Part shown: in pieces, positions 16,646 to 26,023 of the stretch
Numbering within the stretch: the stretch's first letter is position 1
Layout of the letters: each line of letters begins with the position of its first letter
Origin: Candidatus Merdivicinus excrementipullorum
Lineage (GTDB): Bacteria; Bacillota; Clostridia; Oscillospirales; Ruminococcaceae
Length of the DNA: 64,000 bases
NCBI GenBank assembly: GCA_018716725.1
Contig: DVJP01000030.1
Coordinates: forward strand, 17,407-81,406
Reading direction: 5' to 3'
The notes under the pieces: model-generated
Database searches by the model: none
Seen by the model: the letters and a program-made list of their open reading frames with translations, nothing else
What the model was told of the DNA's origin: nothing
Made by a program: the position numbers and the translations under genes

Positions 16646-18286
16646 TTATTCCGCCTGCATATAACGGTTGTGGCGGGCCTGATAGATGGCGACATAGTCT
16701 TCCAGCCCCAATTCTTTCAGTGTATTGATATACTCGTCAATGTTGGCCAGGTCGTACTGTCCCAGGCAGAGCTTCATCAGGGTTTCATTGGAATAAGTGG
16801 CGATATCGTTTGAAATCTGCGCCAGCTGGTCGGTTTCCTCTGCCGAAGGCACCGCCAGATATGCATCGCCCATATACCAGAACTTTTTGTCATAACCGCA
16901 GTATGTTTCACTAAAGTCTGCCAAGTCCGGCCGTTTTTCCATGGAGCCTACCAGATAGGTTTCCCAGGTTGCCAAAGCGTTTCCGGGAAGCAGGCCATAA
17001 AATAGGGTTTCACCAGTTCCTTTTTCCAGATAAAAATCTCTTTCCTTAAACCGGGGATCCATGTTTTTTTCGCCGTTATCGCCTACCGTGTAGGTGACAC
17101 CCTCTACGCCGTAGAAACACAAGTTAGCATATTCATCTGTAAAAATCATATCAAACAAATCTGCCACAGCCTGTAAATCCTTGCAATTTTTTGTAACGCC
17201 AAACCTTGCTTTAATGCTGTAAGAATCCTCTGCAATAGTGGCAGGGATTTCTCCTTCGTTTTTCCCCAGCATCACCGGCCAATAGACGCCGCCTACATCT
17301 TGTACATACACATCATTGGTCGTCAGCAACGCCCAGTCACAGGTGGCGGAAATGGTATTGGACTGCATTTTCTGGATGATGACCTCGCCGGATTTGTCAA
17401 AGGCGTCCGTATCAATCAGGTTATTGTCAATGAGGGATTTTACATAGGTGATATATTCCACCAGCTGGTCTTTCATGAGCCACGGGGATTTTGCGGTATT
17501 GTCCTCCATATCAATCATAACCAGACCGGCGGGAAGGCCAAAGCTGGGGGCAAAGTATGTAAAGCTGGGGGTATAGATCATTTTTTCATCCTGCTCGCCG
17601 TTGCCGTTTGCATCATTTTCCTGGAAAGCCATTAACGCATCCCGGAACTCATCCAGAGTGTCCGGAACTTCCAGTCCCAGATTATCCAGCCAGTCTTTTC
17701 GGATAAGCTGAGTCATGTTAGAATTAAAAGCCTCGCCTTGATAGGTAAAATACTGCTGTGTCGGCATCCAGTACATTTTTCCATCTGAGGCTGTGTTAGC
17801 GTTCCACATATTCGGATAATATTCCGCAGCAAAATTTTCCACATTCCCGTTGCTGTACTGGTTGATAATATCTTTCACATCCAGAAGGATGCCTCTTTCG
17901 CCCAGGTTTAAAATGGTAGACACATCAATTGACAGGTTTACTAAATCTGGCAGCTGCGTAGCGGCAGACAGCCGGGTTTGAAGAACCTGCTGGTATTGTT
18001 CCGCAGCCACAACTTCAAAATCCAGATTCAAATTGTGCTCTGCCAGCATCTCCAGCAGTGCTTGGTAAGAAGCCTGATTCTCTCGGGTATCCCAAGTGCT
18101 GGAAACATCCGACCCTAAAACCTTCAGCGTGCGGACTTCATCGGATGAAGCGGAAGAACCGCCGTTTTCCGCCGCAGAGCCGCCGGAGGCTGCGCTTCCG
18201 CCGTCATCGCCGCCGCAGCCGGCCAGAAGGGAGGAAGCGGTCAGAGCCGCCAGAAACAATGCTGTGATTTTCCAAGACTTTTTCAT
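16646..18286 (-). CDS. ABC transporter extracellular solute-binding lipoprotein (large LplA-like family 1 SBP)
   Basis: Signal peptide plus lipobox LLAGCGG followed by a Gly/Ser-rich linker. 546 aa, adjacent to two permeases. Confidence 0.85.
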   Translation of the reverse strand: MKKSWKITALFLAALTASSLLAGCGGDDGGSAASGGSAAENGGSSASSDEVRTLKVLGSDVSSTWDTRENQASYQALLEMLAEHNLNLDFEVVAAEQYQQVLQTRLSAATQLPDLVNLSIDVSTILNLGERGILLDVKDIINQYSNGNVENFAAEYYPNMWNANTASDGKMYWMPTQQYFTYQGEAFNSNMTQLIRKDWLDNLGLEVPDTLDEFRDALMAFQENDANGNGEQDEKMIYTPSFTYFAPSFGLPAGLVMIDMEDNTAKSPWLMKDQLVEYITYVKSLIDNNLIDTDAFDKSGEVIIQKMQSNTISATCDWALLTTNDVYVQDVGGVYWPVMLGKNEGEIPATIAEDSYSIKARFGVTKNCKDLQAVADLFDMIFTDEYANLCFYGVEGVTYTVGDNGEKNMDPRFKERDFYLEKGTGETLFYGLLPGNALATWETYLVGSMEKRPDLADFSETYCGYDKKFWYMGDAYLAVPSAEETDQLAQISNDIATYSNETLMKLCLGQYDLANIDEYINTLKELGLEDYVAIYQARHNRYMQAE

Positions 18287-18326
18287 AATTTTCGCTCCTT
18301 TATTGTGATTTTTTGAAATGGAACCG

Positions 18327-19244
18327 TCATTCCTTCAACGAACCTAACATAACGCCCTTAATAAAGTATTTCTGGAAAAAGGGGTAGGTAAAGATAACCG
18401 GCAGGGAGGTAAAGATAATCAGGGCGTATTTTAACTGATAGTTTTCCAGCATCCGCTGTATCTGGTCTTCCACAGCGGCCATGCCGCCCTGCATATCTGC
18501 AAGATTCACGCTTTGCTGAATCATGACCCGGTAAAGATAGAACTGCAAAGGATGCAGGGAAGAATCCGGCAGGTAGATCATAGCGTTAAACCAGCTGTTC
18601 CAAATCCCCACGATGGTGTAAATGGCGATTACCGCCAGAATCGGCTTGGAAAGAGGCAGGAAGATGGAAAACAGGATGCGTAAGTGCCCCGCGCCGTCTA
18701 TGTAAGCGGATTCCCGCAGCCCCTCCGGGATGGACATAAAGTAGCTCCGCACCAGGATAATGTTCCAAATGCCCACAGCTCCGGGGAGAATCATGGCCCA
18801 AATGTTGTTATAAAGACAAAGTTTTGTCATCAGCAGGAAACTGGGGATTAAGCCGCCGCTGAAGTACATGGGGATGATGACAAATTTTACCACAATGGAA
18901 CGGAAGGCCAGCCCTTTCGTTGCAAGGGGGTACGCGCCTAAAACGGAGGTCAGCAGGTTTAAAACCGTGCCGGACACCACATAAATCAGCGTATAGCCGT
19001 AAGCCGTCCACATCTTGACATCGCCCATAATGAGCTTATAGGAGCCAAAATAAAGCTTCTTCGGCCACAGGTAGGCGGTTTGGGCGATAACTTCCTGAGG
19101 GTCCGCTATGGACTGGACAAAGATGTAGTAGAAGGGGTATAATGTGATAAAACAGATGATTGCAGTAATGACGATAATAACAACATCGACAATGCGGGAA
19201 CCTTCCCGTATCCGGTTTTTCGGCATTTTTTTAGCGCTAACCAT
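18327..19244 (-). CDS. carbohydrate-type ABC transporter permease (LplC/MalG-like)
   Basis: Multi-TM protein with an EAA-like loop (SIPEGLRESAYIDGAGHLRIL). The ATG at 19244 follows a GGAGGGG RBS. Confidence 0.85.
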   Translation of the reverse strand: MVSAKKMPKNRIREGSRIVDVVIIVITAIICFITLYPFYYIFVQSIADPQEVIAQTAYLWPKKLYFGSYKLIMGDVKMWTAYGYTLIYVVSGTVLNLLTSVLGAYPLATKGLAFRSIVVKFVIIPMYFSGGLIPSFLLMTKLCLYNNIWAMILPGAVGIWNIILVRSYFMSIPEGLRESAYIDGAGHLRILFSIFLPLSKPILAVIAIYTIVGIWNSWFNAMIYLPDSSLHPLQFYLYRVMIQQSVNLADMQGGMAAVEDQIQRMLENYQLKYALIIFTSLPVIFTYPFFQKYFIKGVMLGSLKE

Positions 19245-19257
19245 AGCAAACCCCTCC

Positions 19258-20223
19258 TTACCACATGGAATACCCATTGATTTTTCTGGAAATCGTATTG
19301 CAGAGCCACAAGAGCGAGAAGTTGATGACCTGCATAAATATGCCGATAGCGGTGGCTTTACTGAACCCGCCGTTCAAGATGCCTTCCCGGTAAACATAGG
19401 TGCCGATGACGTCGGCGGTTTCGTAAATGGTGGGGTTGTACATCAGCAGGATGAACTCGGTGTTGGCGTTTAACAGGCCGCCCACTGCAAAAATAAACAG
19501 GATGATAATGGTGTTGCGGATAGAGGGCAGCGTAATGTGAATAGCCTGCTGGAACCGGTTGGCCCCGTCCATACGCGCCGCCTCATACAGATTCGGGTCG
19601 ATGGAAGCGATGGTGGAAAGATAGATAATGCTGTTCCAGCCAAAGGACGACCACACGTTGGTGATCACGTAAACCCATGGGAAATATTTGGGGTCGGTGC
19701 TGTAATTGATGGGGGAAAGGCCCATCATGGCCAGCAGCTGATTAATCAGGCCGTCCTGGGAAACCATCAGCAGCGCAAGGCTTGCCACCACTACCATGGA
19801 AATAAAGTGGGGCAGGTAGCTGGCTGTTTGGACAAACTTTTTGTACCGGACGTTTTTTACCTCATTGAGCAGAAGCGCAAATACAATCGGCACGCCAAAC
19901 CCAATCAAAAGCTGAAGGCCGCTCAGCACGACTGTATTCTTAATCAACCGCAGGAAATAGATGGAGCCGATAAAATCCGTAAAATGCTGGAGCCCCACCC
20001 ATTCTACGCTGCCGTCAAAGGCGATAAAGGGGCTGCCGGGGAAATAATTCTGAAATGCGATGACCACCCCGTACATGGGAATGTAGCAGAAAATAAAAAT
20101 GTGGATCAGCACCGGGGAAAGGATCAAATATAATATGATGTTTTCTTTTAAATTCCGTTTCCTTTTGGCCGTCCAAAATACTTTTTTGGAAACCTCCTGG
20201 GAAACGGCTGTCCGAGATAGCAT
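19258..20223 (-). CDS. carbohydrate-type ABC transporter permease (LplB/MalF-like)
   Basis: Multi-TM protein with EAA loop IDPNLYEAARMDGANRFQ. Confidence 0.85.
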   Translation of the reverse strand: MLSRTAVSQEVSKKVFWTAKRKRNLKENIILYLILSPVLIHIFIFCYIPMYGVVIAFQNYFPGSPFIAFDGSVEWVGLQHFTDFIGSIYFLRLIKNTVVLSGLQLLIGFGVPIVFALLLNEVKNVRYKKFVQTASYLPHFISMVVVASLALLMVSQDGLINQLLAMMGLSPINYSTDPKYFPWVYVITNVWSSFGWNSIIYLSTIASIDPNLYEAARMDGANRFQQAIHITLPSIRNTIIILFIFAVGGLLNANTEFILLMYNPTIYETADVIGTYVYREGILNGGFSKATAIGIFMQVINFSLLWLCNTISRKINGYSMW

Positions 20224-20494
20224 ATACTACGCCTCCTTGCCAGAAAAATATTATTTCGATGAATTCATGTTATAATATTTTGAATAGAATTGCAACTATA
20301 CAATATTTTATTTTAGGCATTTTAATATTATTTTGTTAATGAGTCGGTAAAAAAGCGATAAGAAGGCGGTAATAGACTATACATTTTTTGAAAATAATAC
20401 TTCATGAAAAATTTGCATATCCCATATTAGTTGACAAAATAACTGCTCGGATTTAAAATAATATATAGTATTTATCCAGATTGCAGGTGGTTAA

Positions 20495-22525
20495 ATGAAA
20501 AAATGGAGAGATTTCCTGCGGGACCGCACAGTAACCTGTACTGCATTTGCGATTTTCTTTCTGTGCATACTTCTCCCAATTACAGTTTTAGGAAGTATTT
20601 GGGGAAACCGGATGTGGATAGAAGAGACAAGCCGGTACCAGCAGCAAAAACAAGCGCAGTCCCAGCAAATTGCATCCGGAATCCAGCAGCAGTTTGACGA
20701 AATCAACCGGACGGCAACCAATATCCTCCTCTCCCGGTGGCTGTCCAGGCTGAATAACCACATCGGCCTGTACAGTGAAGAATTTGACGTTTTCGAACGA
20801 AATGGCATCGTGCAGGATCTGGCAACCCAGGCCGCCGCATTTTATTTTATTTCTGACATTATCGTTTCTGTGCCTAACAGCGAACTGGTTGTCAGTACAA
20901 AAGGCTGGTTTGATGAAAACAGTTTTGGGGAATACCATGATATTGAACTGAACGAGCAAGTACAGGAAATGTCGTCCCAAAAATATTTGCTGCTGCCGGT
21001 TTCTTCACTTTCTCCTACTACCACCAATTGTACGATTTATATGGAAATCGATTTTGCTGAAATGCTGAATTTTGTTCAAAACCTGTCCTTAGGAGAATTT
21101 TCTTCTATTTCGATTCAGCAGGGAGAGACGTCTTTGTGTACATGGGGAGAACGTCCTCCTGAAAACGTGGAGTCCTCCTTTGAGTTAGGACCTTTCGCGC
21201 AAAATTTAACGGTTTCCTTTTATTATCCATCTTCCCCGCCGGTGCGGAGCTGGAGCCCGATTATTTTGGCTTTAGCGGTCTTTGGGCTGCTTTGCGGTTC
21301 CGCTGCGGCCGCGGCTGCCCTGGCTTTGATTACAACGAAACCGCTGACACAAATCCTGAAGAAGCTTCCTCCAAGCACAGGAAGAAGCGGCGGCTCCTAT
21401 TGGCGCCTTTCCAGCGATATTGATAACTTGATTCACAACAACGAATACCTTTTAAAAAAGCTGAACCATCAATTGGAACAGTATGAACAGTATGAGAAAC
21501 GCGACGCCCTCTTTCAAATTTTAACGCTCCCGCCAGAGAATGCGGCGGAATATATTTATACCTGGATTCCGTGGTATCATCTGAATCTGCCGTACCAAGT
21601 GCTTCTATTCCAGCAAAAAGTGCCCTTAGTCAAAAAAACCTTGGACGTAATCAATGCAATCCTCGTAGCCTCTATGGAACGGGTGATTTCTTTTTCCATG
21701 CCCAGTACGGACGGGATCTATTTCGTTTGGTTCCGGGAGGGGGAGAAGCCGGATTACAATCAGCTGATCCCCAAGGAATTTTTTGAGGAATACGCTTTTG
21801 CAGTATCGGACAGGGAAACGGACTGTTGGAAGCTGCGGGATTGCTACCACCAAGCCAAAAAGCGGCTGGATGTCCAGCAGGATTTTAAAATAGAAAAAAC
21901 TCATTGGATTTCCCTCAGCGCTGAAATGAATTTAATCCACGCCATACAAAGCGGAAAAGCCAATGAATGTGAAAAGATCATTGAAAAATACCGGTTACTT
22001 GCTAATCAGGAAATAATGGATAATTTGATGGTGCTCCTGCTGCGTCTAGCCAGCGAATATGGTTTTTGCGCACAAAGCTATTCCGACCGGTTCCATCAAG
22101 GGCAGCTCCTTCATCGGGCAGATGTCCTTCACAGGGTAATCCACGACCTGTATACGGATTTGTGTCAATTTATCCAAAACGCCAAACAAAGCAATTCTTC
22201 TGAAACGGCTCTGCTGGTGCAGGAATATGTGCGGGATAACTTTACAAATCCTGAAATGTCGCTAAAATTACTGGCGGAAGTTTTTCAAAGCAACGCGTCC
22301 CTGCTTTCCAAGCTGTTTAAAAACCAGCTACAGGTTAATTTCAGCGATTATCTGCAGCAGATCCGCATGGAACATGCGAAAGAGATGCTGGTCAATACCG
22401 ATATGCCTGTCAGCCAAATCGCTGATAAAATTGGGTATGACAGCTACCTCTCCTTTAAGCGGGCATTCATACGGGTAGAGTCTATCTCCCCCAAGGAATA
22501 CCGGGAACAGCAAATTTCGGGATAA
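20495..22525 (+). CDS. membrane-anchored one-component AraC-family regulator (TM - extracytoplasmic domain - TM - cytoplasmic linker - HTH)
   Basis: Hydrophobic segments sit near residues 15-35 and 250-280. The AraC HTH is at the C-terminus (MSLKLLAEVFQSNASLLSKLF...GYDSYLSFKRAF). Confidence 0.75.
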   Translation: MKKWRDFLRDRTVTCTAFAIFFLCILLPITVLGSIWGNRMWIEETSRYQQQKQAQSQQIASGIQQQFDEINRTATNILLSRWLSRLNNHIGLYSEEFDVFERNGIVQDLATQAAAFYFISDIIVSVPNSELVVSTKGWFDENSFGEYHDIELNEQVQEMSSQKYLLLPVSSLSPTTTNCTIYMEIDFAEMLNFVQNLSLGEFSSISIQQGETSLCTWGERPPENVESSFELGPFAQNLTVSFYYPSSPPVRSWSPIILALAVFGLLCGSAAAAAALALITTKPLTQILKKLPPSTGRSGGSYWRLSSDIDNLIHNNEYLLKKLNHQLEQYEQYEKRDALFQILTLPPENAAEYIYTWIPWYHLNLPYQVLLFQQKVPLVKKTLDVINAILVASMERVISFSMPSTDGIYFVWFREGEKPDYNQLIPKEFFEEYAFAVSDRETDCWKLRDCYHQAKKRLDVQQDFKIEKTHWISLSAEMNLIHAIQSGKANECEKIIEKYRLLANQEIMDNLMVLLLRLASEYGFCAQSYSDRFHQGQLLHRADVLHRVIHDLYTDLCQFIQNAKQSNSSETALLVQEYVRDNFTNPEMSLKLLAEVFQSNASLLSKLFKNQLQVNFSDYLQQIRMEHAKEMLVNTDMPVSQIADKIGYDSYLSFKRAFIRVESISPKEYREQQISG

Positions 22526-22616
22526 AATACCGGGTTCACCTTTTGGGTATTCCCAAAGCAAAAAATAGGCCCGATTGGAATTCTATTTATCAAGGCTTAT
22601 CGCATTAGCCGCATAC

Positions 22617-22664
22617 AAAAAACACCTCCATTGTAGTCCTATCCTACTTTGGAGGTGTTTTCTG
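22617..22664. terminator. bidirectional hairpin terminator
   Basis: AAAAAACACCTCCA...TGGAGGTGTTTTCT. Confidence 0.6.
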
Positions 22665-22957
22665 CCATATCCTTTTTGGCCGGAATAGTTGACCAGCGGG
22701 TGATTTTGATTTTTTAACCCATTACTTTGTCGGCGGGTTACGGGTTATCTGCAGGCGGGGCCTTTGACTAAAACGCAGCCCGTAGATATTTGGAAAGGGA
22801 CATTAGACTGCGAGTTGCCTGCTGCAGGCGAATTCGGATTCTTGAAAATGTTGAGCAGTTCATAAATTTTTCCACACAGATACCGGTTAGGGGACGTTTC
22901 TGAGGAAAACGCACCTTTTTTCCTGTACTTGGCGACCGCCAAAGATGAAGGGGATAT

Positions 22958-23428
22958 TTACAAAATCTGCTCCATGCCGATTTTCTGGACCGACAGCCCG
23001 CAGCTTTCGTAAAACTTCCGGGCGGATTCGTTGCAGCCCCAGACGTTTAAGGTTACATTGTAACAGCCCTTTTCCCGGGCGAAGTCCAGAACCGCTTCAT
23101 AAAGGAGGCGGCCGATATGCCGGCCCCGGCAGGTTTCCTCCACGCAGAGGTCGTCGATATACAGAGTTTTGATGTCCGTCAGGATGTTGCTTTGCAAATG
23201 CTGCTGGAAGATACAAAAAGCATAACCCAGCATCTCGTCATTATCGTCCACCGCCGCCAGCACCGGCTTGGCGTCGTCGTGCAGGATGGCCAGCAATTCT
23301 TCATCCGTATACTTTTTGGAAGCCGGGCGGAACAAGTCCGGCCTTCCGTTGTGGTGCACCTGGGCTACCTGGAACAGCAGCCGGTTAATGGCGGGAATAT
23401 CCTTCTCCGCGGCGCGCCTGATTTTCAT
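22958..23428 (-). CDS. GNAT family N-acetyltransferase
   Basis: 156 aa with the acetyl-CoA motif RGRHIGRLLYEAVLDFAREKG. Confidence 0.85.
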   Translation of the reverse strand: MKIRRAAEKDIPAINRLLFQVAQVHHNGRPDLFRPASKKYTDEELLAILHDDAKPVLAAVDDNDEMLGYAFCIFQQHLQSNILTDIKTLYIDDLCVEETCRGRHIGRLLYEAVLDFAREKGCYNVTLNVWGCNESARKFYESCGLSVQKIGMEQIL

Positions 23429-23456
23429 AAAACCATCTCCTCATGGATATTTTGGG

Positions 23457-24869
23457 TTATTTGCTCCGGTCGCAGGCGGCCAGCAGGCTGGCGGCCTGGC
23501 CGGAAGATTGGCTGTCCGGTTCTTTTCCGGCATACCGGGCCAGGCAGTAGGCGTTGGTGACGCAGGCGAACAGGTCGGCGGGAAGGACCGCCTGCCCCTT
23601 TTTCAGAATGTCCGCCGGGGTATCCGCCGGGGACAGGGGAATCTTTTTCAAAAGCAGATGCTGCATGGCCAGCCGGTAGCCCTCCCGCAGCTTTTCCACG
23701 CCGTCCGGCATGGCCCGGAAGGCTTTGTATTCCTTTTTCCACCGGCGCTGGTCATAGGGACGTTCCCGCTTCCAGAAGCTGCCCGGCTCCCGGGAAAGCT
23801 CCTCCACATTGTCCTCGAAGTATTCGTTGGCGTCCGCCGGGCCGGACACATGCGCCCGCCGGAACAAAAGCCCCGACAGGAAATCCCGGATCTTGCCCAA
23901 AATAGTGCGGATAGCGCTCCAGATCTCATGACGGTAATAGAAGATCAGCCACAGAAGGAGGACCGCCACGGCGATCCCGAAAAACGTCCAGAAAATGCTG
24001 GATTCCCCCTCGGCGGGAGGCAGGCCCATGTCCCCCGGCGCAGGAGTATCCATAGGCGTTTCCGGAACCGGTTCTCCGGGTTCCCCCTGGGGCAGCAGCC
24101 GAAGAAGGGCGGATATCCCCGATTTTAACAGGCCGACTACCCAGCTGAAAAAGGCGGCAATGGGCTTCCGCAGGAAATATCCCCCGAAAATCAGGACGGA
24201 AATTCCTAAAATCAGGGAAAAGCTGTACCAGCGCATCCTGCGGGGCAGGATGCTGTGGTTGTGGCTGCGCTTCTGCATCAGGTAGTCGATGTTCCCCTGG
24301 TTTTCCGCCGCCGCGTAAACGCAGGCAGCGAAAAGCAGGGTTAAAGACAGGATCAGCATATCTAAGGGCTGTTTCAGCGCCCAAAACAGGAAACTGCAAA
24401 GCAGGTCCGCCACAATTAAAGCGGTGAGATAGGGCGCCCGGATAATATCGCTGTATTTTTCCTCCCAGCACCGGCAGCCCAAAATGCAGGCAGCCAGGCA
24501 GCATACCCCCACCGCAATGGGGGCGTACCAGGGAACCCAGGCGGAATTCGCGGGAATGGGGAGAAATCTCCCCCCGGCGAAAAATCCCGCAGCGCCGCAG
24601 AGGAGGGCGGCCAAAATGGAAGTGAGGTTTGCTAAGAAATCAAAGAGCCTTCCCTGCTTTTTGGAAAACGCAGGGATGAGAAACGCGCCGCAGAGCATCC
24701 CGGCTAAGCAGGACAGAAGGCACAAAGCCAGCATTACCGCCTGGTTATAACGGCTCGCCGGTATTTTGGGAATCAGCATCAGCCCGCAGAAAACCGGCAG
24801 GATGGGGAAAACCGTGCAAAGGACGGCGGTGACCTTTAACCCGCCTAACAGGCTCAACCGTTTGCCCAT
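23457..24869 (-). CDS. polytopic membrane protein with a DUF4129-like cytoplasmic C-terminal domain
   Basis: About 9 hydrophobic segments followed by a soluble tail. It is the third gene of the MoxR-DUF58 operon (16-nt overlap). Confidence 0.6.
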   Translation of the reverse strand: MGKRLSLLGGLKVTAVLCTVFPILPVFCGLMLIPKIPASRYNQAVMLALCLLSCLAGMLCGAFLIPAFSKKQGRLFDFLANLTSILAALLCGAAGFFAGGRFLPIPANSAWVPWYAPIAVGVCCLAACILGCRCWEEKYSDIIRAPYLTALIVADLLCSFLFWALKQPLDMLILSLTLLFAACVYAAAENQGNIDYLMQKRSHNHSILPRRMRWYSFSLILGISVLIFGGYFLRKPIAAFFSWVVGLLKSGISALLRLLPQGEPGEPVPETPMDTPAPGDMGLPPAEGESSIFWTFFGIAVAVLLLWLIFYYRHEIWSAIRTILGKIRDFLSGLLFRRAHVSGPADANEYFEDNVEELSREPGSFWKRERPYDQRRWKKEYKAFRAMPDGVEKLREGYRLAMQHLLLKKIPLSPADTPADILKKGQAVLPADLFACVTNAYCLARYAGKEPDSQSSGQAASLLAACDRSK

Positions 24870-26005
24870 AATCCCGCCTCCTTTTCCAGTTCCGTGGGGG
24901 AAAGTTCTAAGATCTCGCAGCCGGAAGCGTCCACATCCTCCGGGATCTCTCCCAAAAGCAGGGTGCGGACATGAACGCCGTCATACTGCTTGCGCCGGAT
25001 AATGTCCACGATTTTTCCGTCCACAAACCCGGTGACCAGGATTAAGTCGGTGGAGGTGAAGTCGTGGTAATGGTCGCTTAAAAAGGTGCAGAATTCCTCG
25101 GTGCTCTGAAGCCGGAGCCGGGCCAGCATCTGGAAAAGCCCTTCCACGTAATCCCGGCCCCAGAATTCCTCGGTAAAAATGGTGGAGCGCCCCTCGCCGG
25201 TGGTGCAGTTGGCCGCGAACCGCAGGGGCATCCCCGTGGCCAGGGTGGAGTCAAAAAGCCCGGCGCAGAGGCGGATGGCGGTTTCCATTTTTTCCGCGTC
25301 AATGGTCTTGCTGTCGTGCTCAAAATACCGGGACTGCATGTTTAAGACGATGGTGACGCTTTGGCGGGTGGTGGAATCGTTCTGGAACACCATGAGCTTC
25401 TGTTCCCTGGCCGTGGCGGGCCAGTGGATGCGGTTCATGGGGTCGAATTCCATATACTCCCGGACGCCGGAATTGTAAAAGGGATCCTCGATGAGACTCC
25501 GGCGGACGGCGATGTCGCCGGTCAGATACCGGGGCTTGATAAGTGCTTCCTCGCTTAAGGGCCGGGGCAGCACCAGCACCGAGGAATGAACCTCCGCGCC
25601 AATGGACTGGTTCACATTTCCCAGCAAATCGCTTGTCACCAGCACCACCCGGTCGATGGAAAATTCCCCCCGCTTTAAGCAGGTGACTTTCCAGCGGCGG
25701 CTCACCTTCTGGTAGCTTTTTAAGGTAAAGAAGCTGGGGACAAAGCGGCTTTTGTCCGTCAGCTGGGACTGTGCCCCAGCAAAATCCAGCCAGCGGGAAG
25801 CGGTAATTTCCGTCTTAAACCAGGGCAGAGGCAGCCACTTCCGGTTTTCCAGCTCCTCAATGAGTTCAATTTCGTCCCCCTCATAGACCTGGTCCCTGCT
25901 TAAATAGCAGCGGTAATGAACGTCCTGAAGGGCGTATTTGCGGTAAATCCAGTTTTGCAGCCAGAGGATGGCCAGCAAAATCGCCGCAAGGGCGGCTAAC
26001 TGCAT
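24854..26005 (-). CDS. DUF58 (vWA-like) domain protein
   Basis: N-terminal TM and an IHWPATAR motif region typical of DUF58. Directly downstream of MoxR. Confidence 0.8.
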   Translation of the reverse strand: MQLAALAAILLAILWLQNWIYRKYALQDVHYRCYLSRDQVYEGDEIELIEELENRKWLPLPWFKTEITASRWLDFAGAQSQLTDKSRFVPSFFTLKSYQKVSRRWKVTCLKRGEFSIDRVVLVTSDLLGNVNQSIGAEVHSSVLVLPRPLSEEALIKPRYLTGDIAVRRSLIEDPFYNSGVREYMEFDPMNRIHWPATAREQKLMVFQNDSTTRQSVTIVLNMQSRYFEHDSKTIDAEKMETAIRLCAGLFDSTLATGMPLRFAANCTTGEGRSTIFTEEFWGRDYVEGLFQMLARLRLQSTEEFCTFLSDHYHDFTSTDLILVTGFVDGKIVDIIRRKQYDGVHVRTLLLGEIPEDVDASGCEILELSPTELEKEAGLWANG

Positions 26006-26023
26006 AAAAGGGCCTCCTTCCGG

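Noticed and set aside
13051-22700. Prophage or integrative element at tRNA-Pro.
   Set aside because: No integrase, recombinase, phage or conjugation genes are present. Only composition and the flank duplication hint at horizontal origin, and these are reported as a low-confidence finding instead.
22745-22942. 65-aa minus-strand ORF between the AraC-TM regulator and GNAT (MAVAKYRKKGAF...).
   Set aside because: It has no RBS, no recognisable domain, and sits in a non-coding spacer. It may be a gene remnant but is unsupported.
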